Shown here piece after piece: positions 1-8,121 of a DNA stretch of 64,000 nucleotides. Origin of the DNA: Corallococcus sp. NCRR (GTDB taxonomy: Bacteria; Myxococcota; Myxococcia; Myxococcales; Myxococcaceae); contig NZ_CP114039.1 of the NCBI RefSeq assembly GCF_026965535.1, positions 7,843,461 to 7,907,460 of the forward strand, in the 5' to 3' direction. Numbering within the stretch: the stretch's first letter is position 1; every line of letters starts with the position of its first letter. The translations under genes and the position numbers were made by a program. The notes below the pieces were generated by a model. That model saw only the letters and a list, made by a program, of their open reading frames with translations. It was not told where the DNA came from and ran no database searches.

Positions 1-1794
1 TGCGACCTGGCGCGCGCCGCGGGGCAGTACAACGCCGAGCACCGCGCGCTGCTGGAGGTCTGGGCCACCGCGCCCCTGTCACCGGAGGCGGACCGCGCGA
101 AGGCCCTCCTGCGCGACCTACCCCTGCCCATGAAGTGGCGCGTGCGCCGCGCGGAGGCGCTGGTAGAGGTGCACCAGAACGTCGCGGCCATGAACATGCT
201 GGCCCGCTCGGGGCCCCGCACGGAGCTGCCGGACGAGCTGGCCTGCCGCGCCCAGCTCACCCTGGGCCGCGCGCTGCGCAAGGAGCGTCAGCACCGCCGC
301 GCCATCCAGGTGCTGGAGCCGGTGGCGCGCGAGTGCCAGTCTCCCGAGCAGCGGCCGCAGGCGCTCTACCTGCTGGCCTATTCGCAGTCCGTGGTGCAGC
401 CGGAAGCGGCGGTGGAGACGTACGCCACGCTGGCCCACGACTACCCGGAGCACGGCTACGCGGACGACGCGCTGTTCTTCGAGGCCTGGACGCAGCAGCG
501 CCTGGGCCGCGCGGACGAAGCGCTGGAGAACTACGAAGCGCTGGCGAAGCGCTACCCCGCCGGCAACTTCGCCGCCGAGGCCCTCTTCCGCGCCTACTGG
601 CTGCACCTGCGCAAGGGCGAGACGCAGCAGGGACTGGCTTCGCTCATGTCGGTGGAGCAGCTGCCGGAGGCCGCGCGCACCGATGACGCCCTCTGGCGTG
701 CGCGCTACTGGCAGGCCCGGACCCAGGAGAACGCGGGCGCGGTGGACGCGGCGCTCGCGCGCTACGAGCTCATCGCCACCGAGCGGCCCACGGCCTGGTA
801 CGGGCTGTTGTCCCGCACGCGGCTGGCGCAGCACGCGCCGGAGCGGCTGGCGCGGTTGACGGAGAGCGCCGCGCAACCGGCCGTGGCAAAGAGCGTGAAC
901 ACCGCCGCGCCGGCTGGCGACGAGGTCTGGCCCCTGCCCCCGGGCCCGCTCCAGAAGGATGCGCGCTTCGCGGCGGGCGTGGAGCTCTTGCGCCTGGGAC
1001 AGCCGGGCGTGGTGGAGGAGCTGCTCGCGGTGGACACGCGCGGCCTCGCGGAGGCGCCCGCGCGGCTGCTGTACCAGACCATGCGCCGCACCGGCCGGGG
1101 CCGGGCCACGCGGCAGGTGGCTCGCGTGACGCTGCGCCAGGAGGCCGCGGGCCCCTTGAGCGCCGCGTCCCGTCCGGTGTGGGAGGCGACGTGGCCGCTC
1201 GCGTTCCGGCCGCTCATCCAGAGCTACTCGAAGGCCGCGCGCGTGGACCCGGACCTCTTGCAGGGCCTCATCCGCGAGGAGAGCCGGTTCAACCCGCGTG
1301 CCCGCTCGTCCACCGGCGCGCTGGGGCTCGCGCAGCTCATGCCCACGACGGCGCAGGCGGTGGCGGACTCGCTCAAGCTGGCGTCGTTCGAGATGTCGTC
1401 GCTGCTCCAGCCCGCGCCGAACATCCGGCTGGGGGCGGCGTACCTGGGCTCGCTGCTCAAGCACTTCAACGGCAACCCCGCCTACGCGGTGGCCGCCTAC
1501 AACGCGGGCCCCAACGCGGTGGAGCGCTGGCGCAAGGCCCTGCCCGACGCGGAGCTGGACGAGTGGGTGGAGCACATCGCCTTCGACGAGACCCGCGACT
1601 ACGTGAAGCGCGTGCTCAGCAGCTACAGCGCCTACAAGCTGCTCTACGCCAACGAAGTGCCCGCCTCCTTCGCGCCGGCCCGCAAGGCCCCGCTGGAGGC
1701 CGTGCGCCCGCCCGCGATGAGCCCCGCCACGGGCGTGGGCGGCAGCGGCCGGAACGTGGCGACGCCCACGTCCTCCGTCTCCGGAAGACGCTAG
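1..1794 (+). CDS. Lytic murein transglycosylase (Slt-like; SLT catalytic domain plus N-terminal superhelical/TPR-like region), 5' partial at window edge
   Basis: The frame is open from nt 1 and the first ATG is at 130. SLT signature 'ESRFNPRARSSTGALGLAQLMPTTA' plus 'AYNAGPNAVERW'. The upstream part is helical repeat-like (YWLHLRKG, RARYWQARTQE). Confidence 0.8.
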   Translation, partial: CDLARAAGQYNAEHRALLEVWATAPLSPEADRAKALLRDLPLPMKWRVRRAEALVEVHQNVAAMNMLARSGPRTELPDELACRAQLTLGRALRKERQHRRAIQVLEPVARECQSPEQRPQALYLLAYSQSVVQPEAAVETYATLAHDYPEHGYADDALFFEAWTQQRLGRADEALENYEALAKRYPAGNFAAEALFRAYWLHLRKGETQQGLASLMSVEQLPEAARTDDALWRARYWQARTQENAGAVDAALARYELIATERPTAWYGLLSRTRLAQHAPERLARLTESAAQPAVAKSVNTAAPAGDEVWPLPPGPLQKDARFAAGVELLRLGQPGVVEELLAVDTRGLAEAPARLLYQTMRRTGRGRATRQVARVTLRQEAAGPLSAASRPVWEATWPLAFRPLIQSYSKAARVDPDLLQGLIREESRFNPRARSSTGALGLAQLMPTTAQAVADSLKLASFEMSSLLQPAPNIRLGAAYLGSLLKHFNGNPAYAVAAYNAGPNAVERWRKALPDAELDEWVEHIAFDETRDYVKRVLSSYSAYKLLYANEVPASFAPARKAPLEAVRPPAMSPATGVGGSGRNVATPTSSVSGRR

Positions 1795-1845
1795 CGGCTC
1801 ACGCCGGACGGGAAGCGCATCCCCGTCCGGCGCGGTCGGTCCTGA

Positions 1846-2661
1846 CTACTTCACGCCCGTGGGCTGGGTGATGGACTCGGAGCGGATGGTGTACTGGCCG
1901 GCGATGGCGTTCGTGTCGATGCCCGTGAAGTGACGGTACGGGTACGCGCCATCCGCGATGGTCTCGATGAACTCCACCGAGTCACCGGTGATGGCCTTGC
2001 CGTCGATGTTCACGGTGAAGGTGTTCTTCTCCGAATCCAGGCGCCACACGCACGCGCCCACGTTCGTCTCCGCGGAGCCGGTGGACAGCCCGTCGATGTC
2101 GAAGTCGTTCAGGAAGTGGTGGTTCATCTCCGCCCAGCGGAGGAAGTCCCGCCAGTTGGTGAAGGTGATCATCAGCCCGGCCGGCTGGGGGCTGGAGCCC
2201 TGGAGCACGCCGCCCCGGTAGATGTTCATCCGGTACGCGGAGCCGCCCGGCGAGCCCGTGAAGGTGGGCAGCATGTTGACCGTGTTCGCCTCGCGGCCCG
2301 GCGTCACCTTCAGCGTGCTGACGACCTGGTCGCCATCACGCGCGGCCAGCTGGTAGCCGCCCTGCGCCCCCAGGCTCACCGCCACGCGCTGCTCCCACTT
2401 CACGGCCTGCGTGAAGCTGCTGGAGATGCCGTCCTTCTGGGTCGTGAGGTTGGACACCGCCAGCCCGTCCGCGACGGAGTCCAGCCTCGCGCGGCCCAGC
2501 GCGCAGCTGGTGATGCCGTCGAACTTCTTCACGCACTGGGACGCCGCGGCCTCCTGCGCGCCGAGCGAGCCGGAGGCCTGGCCGTCGTCGGCACCGCCCG
2601 CGCAACCCGTGATGCTCAGCAGCATGGAAGCCAGCAGGGAACCCGTGATCTTCAGATGCAT
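1846..2661 (-). CDS. Hypothetical lipoprotein
   Basis: N-terminus MHLKITGSLLASMLLSITGCAGG is a signal peptide with an L-S-I-T-G-C lipobox. 271-aa ORF, convergent with the gene at 1-1794. Confidence 0.6.
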   Translation of the reverse strand: MHLKITGSLLASMLLSITGCAGGADDGQASGSLGAQEAAASQCVKKFDGITSCALGRARLDSVADGLAVSNLTTQKDGISSSFTQAVKWEQRVAVSLGAQGGYQLAARDGDQVVSTLKVTPGREANTVNMLPTFTGSPGGSAYRMNIYRGGVLQGSSPQPAGLMITFTNWRDFLRWAEMNHHFLNDFDIDGLSTGSAETNVGACVWRLDSEKNTFTVNIDGKAITGDSVEFIETIADGAYPYRHFTGIDTNAIAGQYTIRSESITQPTGVK

Positions 2662-2907
2662 TCACGACCTCATGGAGTGGGGTGGACTGCCCGCGGCCCT
2701 ACTGCACCGTCCACGCCAACACCTGGAGTCCGTCTGTTTCACTCGTGACATTCATTGATTGAGAAAACGGAGTAGCGCCGAAAGTCACATGAAACATGCG
2801 ATTTGTAGCAAGTCCGGTCTCACACGGAGCGTCAGGACGTCACACGCGCGGGCACGGTCCTGAAACGGGGATTCACGGGATGCTCCGGACGCGGGCGGAA
2901 CTTTGCC

Positions 2908-4416
2908 GTGACGCACAACTCCGCGGGGGGTTCGACGGATAATCTGGGGAGCGCGGTTCCTCCCCCCGGACACCCCACCATGGCCTCGAAGATCAACGAC
3001 AGCTCGCGTCCCCTCACCTCCGTCTCGCGGCTGTCCTCGCAGGACGCCCGGACGACGGAGACGAAGTCCCGGAACCGCCCCCTCGCCTTCAAGGACGGCT
3101 TCGAGTCCGCGAGCGGCACGAAGCCCGCGCCCGGCCAGCTGCCGCGGCTGCCCGCGCCGCCGCCGATCCTGGGGCTGCCCGCGCCCACCACCCCGACTCC
3201 GGCACCGGCGCCGACGCCCGTGCCGCCGGAGGCGCCCACCGAGCCGCCCGCGCTGGCCGACTCGGATCCGATGACGCACATCGAGTACCTGGCCTCGGAC
3301 GCGCTGCAGGGACGTGACAGCCCCTCCGCGGGCCTGGACGCCGCCTCCGTCTACGTGCAGGCCCACGCGGAGAAGTACGGGCTCGTGGGCCCCAACATCA
3401 ACAACCCGGAGAACCCCTTCCAGCAGAAGTTCAAGGTCTACTCGTGGCTGGGCGCGGACAAGGCGGGCGAGGCGGCGGGCGCGGCCCACGCGGGGCATGC
3501 CGGGCACAAGCAGTTCGGCCACACGATGTTCCAGGAGGGCTTCTACCTGGACGAGAAGATGCCCAAGGACACGCTGAAGAAGCTCAATCAGCAGTACGAG
3601 CAGACGATGAAGGCGGCGGGCCAGTCGGTGGTGCCGGCGCGCGCGGGCAAGCAGCGCAGCGTGGAGGAGCTCCAGCAGGTGGCCACGGCCACGGGCCAGG
3701 CGGTGAACACCATGGCCATGCTGCCCGGCACCGGGCCGCACAAGGACGAGGTCATCGTGGTGATGGCCCACCTGGACCACGTGGGCGTGGACCGCAAGGG
3801 CAACGCGTACAACGGCGCGGACGACAACGCGTCCGGCAGCGCGGTGCTGATGGCGGCGGTGCCGGAGCTGGCGGAGGCCGCGAAGAACGGCAAGCTGGAC
3901 CGCTCCGTGCTCTTCATCTGGACGGGCGCGGAGGAGAAGGGCCTGGTGGGCTCGCAGTACTTCGTGGACCACCCCATCCCCGGCCTGGAGCTGAAGGACA
4001 TCGCCGGCGTCATCAACACGGACATGGTGGGCCGCTGGGATGATCAGCGCCTGTCCGTGGTGGACACCAACACCAAGGGCCAGCCCAACTACTTCCGCGA
4101 CGTGGTGGACCAGGCGAACCAGCAGCTGGCGGATCCGTTCGACCGCATCAACCGCGACATCAACGTCTACCGCGACCGGCAGGACGGCGCGTCCTTCGGA
4201 CGCAAGGGAGAGGACGTGCTCTTCCTCTTCGAGGGCCTGTCCAACCCCGAGGGCGGCGGCGACCTCATCCCCGAGTACCACCGGCAGGATGACGACATCG
4301 AGAAGATCATCGAGGACAACGGCGGCAACAAGCCCCGCCGCGTGAAGGACCTGCTCCTCAACGTCATCAACATCGCGGCGAACCGCACGACGGAGACGCC
4401 GGAGCCGAAGAAGTAG
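2908..4416 (+). CDS. M28 family metallopeptidase (aminopeptidase-like)
   Basis: M28 zinc-ligand motifs 'HLDHVGVD', 'NGADDNASGSAVLMAAVPEL' and 'GAEEKGLVGSQYF'. Possible GTG start at 2908; an alternative ATG is at 2980. Confidence 0.8.
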   Translation: MTHNSAGGSTDNLGSAVPPPGHPTMASKINDSSRPLTSVSRLSSQDARTTETKSRNRPLAFKDGFESASGTKPAPGQLPRLPAPPPILGLPAPTTPTPAPAPTPVPPEAPTEPPALADSDPMTHIEYLASDALQGRDSPSAGLDAASVYVQAHAEKYGLVGPNINNPENPFQQKFKVYSWLGADKAGEAAGAAHAGHAGHKQFGHTMFQEGFYLDEKMPKDTLKKLNQQYEQTMKAAGQSVVPARAGKQRSVEELQQVATATGQAVNTMAMLPGTGPHKDEVIVVMAHLDHVGVDRKGNAYNGADDNASGSAVLMAAVPELAEAAKNGKLDRSVLFIWTGAEEKGLVGSQYFVDHPIPGLELKDIAGVINTDMVGRWDDQRLSVVDTNTKGQPNYFRDVVDQANQQLADPFDRINRDINVYRDRQDGASFGRKGEDVLFLFEGLSNPEGGGDLIPEYHRQDDDIEKIIEDNGGNKPRRVKDLLLNVINIAANRTTETPEPKK

Positions 4417-4427
4417 CGCCGCGCCTC

Positions 4428-4460
4428 TCTTCCGCCGGAAGGAGCGCTTCCGGCGGAAGA
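4428..4460. terminator. Perfect 14-bp inverted repeat (tcttccgccggaag-gagcg-cttccggcggaaga), probable bidirectional intrinsic terminator between convergent genes
   Basis: Read directly from the sequence. Arms 4428-4441 and 4447-4460 are exact reverse complements. It sits between the M28 stop (4416) and the desaturase stop (4470). Confidence 0.55.
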
Positions 4461-4469
4461 GGCCCCGCT

Positions 4470-5354
4470 TCAGGCCGCCAGCTTCTCGCTGCTCGGGGCC
4501 ACGGTCGCGCCGGAGAGCGCGGCGACCTCGTGGTCGCTCAGCACGAGCTTCTCTTCAGAGCCGCGCCAGACGAACGGGATGCCCGGCTGACGGTACAGGT
4601 TCGCGGGGATCTCCTGCGCCAGTTGCGCGTGCAGCTCCGGCAACTTGGACCAGTGCAGGCCGTGCCGCGTGTGATGCGCGGTGTGGTAGCCCAGGTTGCC
4701 CGTCATCAGGTTGTAGCCCTTGTGGAGGATGTTGTACGAGGCCTCCGAGTGGTTGGCCGTCTCCAGGCCCACGTGGTGGAAGTACGTGGCCCAGGTCGTC
4801 ACGTAGAGCGACGCCATCATGGGCAGCAGGAACACGAAGAGCGCGTTGTAGGGGTTCACCCAGAACAGGCCCGCCAGCAGCACCACCTGGAGCGCGGCCA
4901 TCCACACGAACGTGCGCAGCGCCTTGGGGTGGTGCTTCCTGCCCACCTGGAACGCGCGCGGGTACGCGGTCAGCGCCGTGCCCAGCGAGTACTCCACCTC
5001 GCCCATCGTGGAGCCGTCATCCCGCTTCCAGCGCGACTCGTCCTGCGACTGGTCCAGGTAGTTCTTGTGGTGGCCCAGCACGTGGTGGAGGAACCACGCC
5101 TGCGACGTCACGCCCGTCTGGAAGCCGAAGACGATCTCCAGGAGGCGGTTGGGCAGCGCGTGCTTGAAGAAGGACAGGTGCTGGTGGTGGTGGTTCCACG
5201 AGCAGATCCACCCCTTGGGGATGATGCCCAGCCCGAACCACAGCACCGGCACCCACCAGCTGCGCGCCGTGAGGAACACCGTCATGTCGAGCGCGAAGAC
5301 GCCAAGGAACATCAGGACCGGGATGCGATCTTCAGGGTGCCGGAACAGGGTCAT
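4470..5354 (-). CDS. Membrane fatty acid desaturase/hydroxylase superfamily protein (three His boxes)
   Basis: The 294-aa C-terminal part of the 607-aa track ORF starts at ATG 5352-5354. His boxes: HHHQH (H-x3-H), HVLGHH (H-x3-HH), HTAHH (H-x2-HH), with hydrophobic segments. The rest of the 607-aa ORF lies over the AT-richer divergent promoter region and is not coding. Confidence 0.75.
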   Translation of the reverse strand: MTLFRHPEDRIPVLMFLGVFALDMTVFLTARSWWVPVLWFGLGIIPKGWICSWNHHHQHLSFFKHALPNRLLEIVFGFQTGVTSQAWFLHHVLGHHKNYLDQSQDESRWKRDDGSTMGEVEYSLGTALTAYPRAFQVGRKHHPKALRTFVWMAALQVVLLAGLFWVNPYNALFVFLLPMMASLYVTTWATYFHHVGLETANHSEASYNILHKGYNLMTGNLGYHTAHHTRHGLHWSKLPELHAQLAQEIPANLYRQPGIPFVWRGSEEKLVLSDHEVAALSGATVAPSSEKLAA

Positions 5355-5573
5355 GCGCCTTCCGTACAAGGGGGCCAGGAGAAAAATGCCTCTTTTCCAA
5401 CTGTAGGCTGTCAGCCCCCACGCCGAACAGCCCACCCTCGCCTGCCTGCACGTTCCACACTGACGGTAAACAACGTAGTCACGTTGAACTTGTCTTTCTA
5501 TATTTCCAAGAATCGCAGTCCTGCTTTGTGATAAACGCCGACCCAGCCCTTTTGGACCACCCTGGAGGCGGCA

Positions 5574-6236
5574 ATGCGGAACCAGACCATCGAGGCGGCA
5601 CTGGCGAAGAACCCCCACCGAGAGCAGCTGATCAAGCACCGGTTCTTCGAAGTGGTGGATGAGAAGGCCTTCAGCCGCGACCAGGCGGAGCTCGTCCTGG
5701 GTCAGTGGTGGCACCCCCTGCACTACTTCCCCACGTTCCTGGGCAAGCTCATCGCCGTCTGTCCGCAGATGGAGATGAAGACCGCCGTGACGCACATCCT
5801 CAACCAGGAGGTGGGCGAGGGAGACCCGGCGAGGGCGCACGAGCGCTTCTTCATCCAGACGATGACGGACGCGGGCTTCACCCGGGCGGGCGTGTCCGAG
5901 GCGGACATGACGCCCGCGACGCGCCGGCTCATCGACGGTTACCAGCGCTCCACGGACAGCCACCTCACCGGCCTGGGCTTCCTCTACGGCACGGAGGTGG
6001 CGGACCTCACCATGGTTGCCAAGCTGGGCAAGCTGGTGCGCCGCACCACGGGCCTCAAGGCCCTGCCCTGGGTGGACATCCACGTGAAGCAGGAGCCGGA
6101 CCACGTGGAGACCGCCGGGCACACGGTGGGCCTCCAGTACACGGACGAGGAGCTGGCCACCATCACCCGCGGCGCGGAGGAGATGTGGCAGTTGTGGGTG
6201 GGATTCTTCGAGGAGCTGCGCAACCGCGTCGTCTGA
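5574..6236 (+). CDS. Heme-oxygenase-like fold iron-containing redox enzyme family protein
   Basis: 220 aa. The pattern 'HPLHYFPTFLGKLIAV...HILNQEVGEG...HERFF' resembles the iron-containing redox enzyme (Haem_oxygenase_2 / CADD / HDO-like) family. An AT-rich promoter region lies upstream. Confidence 0.55.
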   Translation: MRNQTIEAALAKNPHREQLIKHRFFEVVDEKAFSRDQAELVLGQWWHPLHYFPTFLGKLIAVCPQMEMKTAVTHILNQEVGEGDPARAHERFFIQTMTDAGFTRAGVSEADMTPATRRLIDGYQRSTDSHLTGLGFLYGTEVADLTMVAKLGKLVRRTTGLKALPWVDIHVKQEPDHVETAGHTVGLQYTDEELATITRGAEEMWQLWVGFFEELRNRVV

Positions 6237-6270
6237 GCGGCCGCTCGCGTCAAGCGCAACCCCCCGGAAT

Positions 6271-6288
6271 CCGTACGTTTTCGTACGG
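6271..6288. promoter_or_regulatory. Perfect palindrome ccgtacg-tttt-cgtacgg downstream of 5574-6236 and upstream of the DUF47-PiT operon
   Basis: The 7-bp arms are exact reverse complements. It could be a terminator stem or an operator. Confidence 0.3.
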
Positions 6289-6318
6289 AACACTGGCGAA
6301 TCTCTCCAGGTAGGGTAG

Positions 6319-6341
6319 TCACTCCCGCGTCACGGGAGTGT
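6319..6341. promoter_or_regulatory. Inverted repeat cactcccg-cgtca-cgggagtg with a GTCAC motif repeated three times; candidate operator about 75 bp upstream of the DUF47 start
   Basis: Read directly from the sequence. 8-bp perfect arms. GTCAC occurs at the start of the left arm, in the spacer, and straddling the end of the right arm (gtgtcac). Confidence 0.3.
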
Positions 6342-6412
6342 CACCCCCTAGAGGCGCCACCCCCTCCCGCGGCGGATAGCTCCTGTCCCTCCAGGCGCCG
6401 AGGGAGATCCCC

Positions 6413-7039
6413 ATGCTCGAAAAGCTGATGCCGAAGTCGGACGAGTTCTTCGACGACTTCGACGCGCAATGCGCCAGAACTGTCGAGGGAGCGAAGCTCC
6501 TACACGAGCTCCTGAGTGATTTCCGGGACGTGCCCACGCGCGTCCAGGCCCTCAAGGACGTGGAGCACAAGGGCGACGAGGTCACCCACACGGCCTTCAA
6601 CCGGCTCCACCAGCAGTTCATCACCCCGTTCGACCGGGGGCAGATCCACACGCTGCTGTCGCGCATCGACGACGTGTTGGACCTGACCAACGCGGCGGCG
6701 GCGAGGTTGCTCTACTACGAGATTGAGTCCACCCGGGCGGACGCCACGGAGCTGGCGCGGCTGCTGGTGCTCTCCACGCAGAAGGTGCAGGAGGTCGTCG
6801 CGGCGCTGCGGCTGATCAAGAAGCCGGAGCAGATCCTCGCGGGCTGCATGGAGATCAAGCGCCTGGAGACCCAGGCGGACGAGGTCCTGCGCGCGGGCAT
6901 GGGCCGGCTGTTCAAGAGCGGCGTGGACACCCTGACCATCATCAAGTGGAAGGAGATCTACGACCTCATCGAGACGGCCACGGACAAGTGCCAGGGCGTG
7001 GCCAACGTCATCGAAGGCGTCGTGCTGGAGCACTCCTGA
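6413..7039 (+). CDS. DUF47 (PhoU-like, TIGR00153) protein, partner of the PiT phosphate transporter
   Basis: 208 aa with the typical DUF47 sequence (EFFDDFD...ALKDVEHKGDEVTH...IKWKEIYDLIE). It is followed 1 nt later by the PiT gene, which is the conserved gene pair. Confidence 0.85.
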   Translation: MLEKLMPKSDEFFDDFDAQCARTVEGAKLLHELLSDFRDVPTRVQALKDVEHKGDEVTHTAFNRLHQQFITPFDRGQIHTLLSRIDDVLDLTNAAAARLLYYEIESTRADATELARLLVLSTQKVQEVVAALRLIKKPEQILAGCMEIKRLETQADEVLRAGMGRLFKSGVDTLTIIKWKEIYDLIETATDKCQGVANVIEGVVLEHS

Positions 7040-7040
7040 G

Positions 7041-8066
7041 ATGCTGCTCGCAGCGGTCGTCACCATTGTCGCCGTCGCGCTCATCTTCGATTTCATCAAT
7101 GGCTTCCACGACGCGGCGAACTCCATCGCCACCGTGGTGTCCACGCGCGTGCTGTCGCCGAACCTGGCCGTGGCCTGGGCGGCGTTCTTCAACTTCATCG
7201 CGGCCTTCGCGGGCGGCGTGCACGTGGCCAACACCATGGGCAAGGGCATCATCAACTTCGAGATGCTCCGCGCCGCCGGCCCCACCGCGGTGCTGATGGT
7301 CATCTTCTCGTCGCTGATGGGCGCCATCGTCTGGAACCTGCTCACCTGGTGGTGGGGGCTGCCCTCGTCGTCGTCGCACGCGCTGGCGGGCGGGATGATT
7401 GGCGCCACCCTGCCCGTCCTGGGCTTCGAGGGCCTGGTGGGCAGCGGCATCGCGCGCATCGCGGCCTTCATCGTGCTGTCGCCGCTCATCGGCATGACGC
7501 TGGGCATCGGGATGATGCTGGCCAGCACCTGGGCGGTGCACCGTCAGACGCCGCTGCGCGTGGACACCTGGTTCCGCCGGCTGCAGCTGGTGTCGTCCGC
7601 CATCTTCTCCTTCAGCCACGGCACCAACGACGCGCAGAAGGTCATGGGCATCATCGCGGTGGTGCTCTTCGGCACCATCTGGCGCGACCGCCCGTTCCAC
7701 ATCGACTGGTGGATGATCATCTCCTGCCACGCCGCCATCGGCCTGGGCACCTTCTTCGGCGGCTGGCGCATCATCCGCACCATGGGCCACAGCCTCACGA
7801 AGCTGGCGCCCATTGGCGGCTTCAGCGCGGAGACGGGCGGCGGCGTCACCATCATCGCGCTGGCGGAGCTGGGCATCCCCGTCTCCACCACGCACACCAT
7901 CACCGGCGCCATCGTCGGCGTGGGGTCCACGCGCGGCTGGCGGGCCGTGAAGTGGGGCACCGCCGGCCGCATCATCTGGGCCTGGGTGTTCACCATCCCC
8001 GCCGCCGCGCTGGTGTCCGTCATCGTGTACGGACTCACGCTGGCCATCGTCCGGATGGTGGGCTGA
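7041..8066 (+). CDS. pit: Inorganic phosphate transporter, PiT family
   Basis: Signature 'GFHDAANSIATVVSTRVL' and the repeated 'GTNDAQKVMGII' half-site. Polytopic membrane protein of 341 aa. Confidence 0.9.
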   Translation: MLLAAVVTIVAVALIFDFINGFHDAANSIATVVSTRVLSPNLAVAWAAFFNFIAAFAGGVHVANTMGKGIINFEMLRAAGPTAVLMVIFSSLMGAIVWNLLTWWWGLPSSSSHALAGGMIGATLPVLGFEGLVGSGIARIAAFIVLSPLIGMTLGIGMMLASTWAVHRQTPLRVDTWFRRLQLVSSAIFSFSHGTNDAQKVMGIIAVVLFGTIWRDRPFHIDWWMIISCHAAIGLGTFFGGWRIIRTMGHSLTKLAPIGGFSAETGGGVTIIALAELGIPVSTTHTITGAIVGVGSTRGWRAVKWGTAGRIIWAWVFTIPAAALVSVIVYGLTLAIVRMVG

Positions 8067-8077
8067 GAGAAGCCCGG

Positions 8078-8104
8078 GGCGCGGGGGAGAAGGTCCCCCG
8101 CGCC
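8078..8104. terminator. Intrinsic terminator hairpin (11-bp perfect GC stem ggcgcggggga/tcccccgcgcc, 5-nt loop) followed by a T-containing tract
   Basis: Read directly from the sequence, 12 nt after the PiT stop. The convergent minus-strand gene ends at 8122. Confidence 0.5.
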
Positions 8105-8121
8105 ACCTGGTGCTTTCTTCC

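Noticed and set aside
4470-6293. 607-aa minus-strand track ORF
   Set aside because: Only the last 294 codons (from ATG 5354) look like a protein, a His-box desaturase. The upstream part crosses an AT-richer promoter region and a convincing plus-strand gene (5574-6236).
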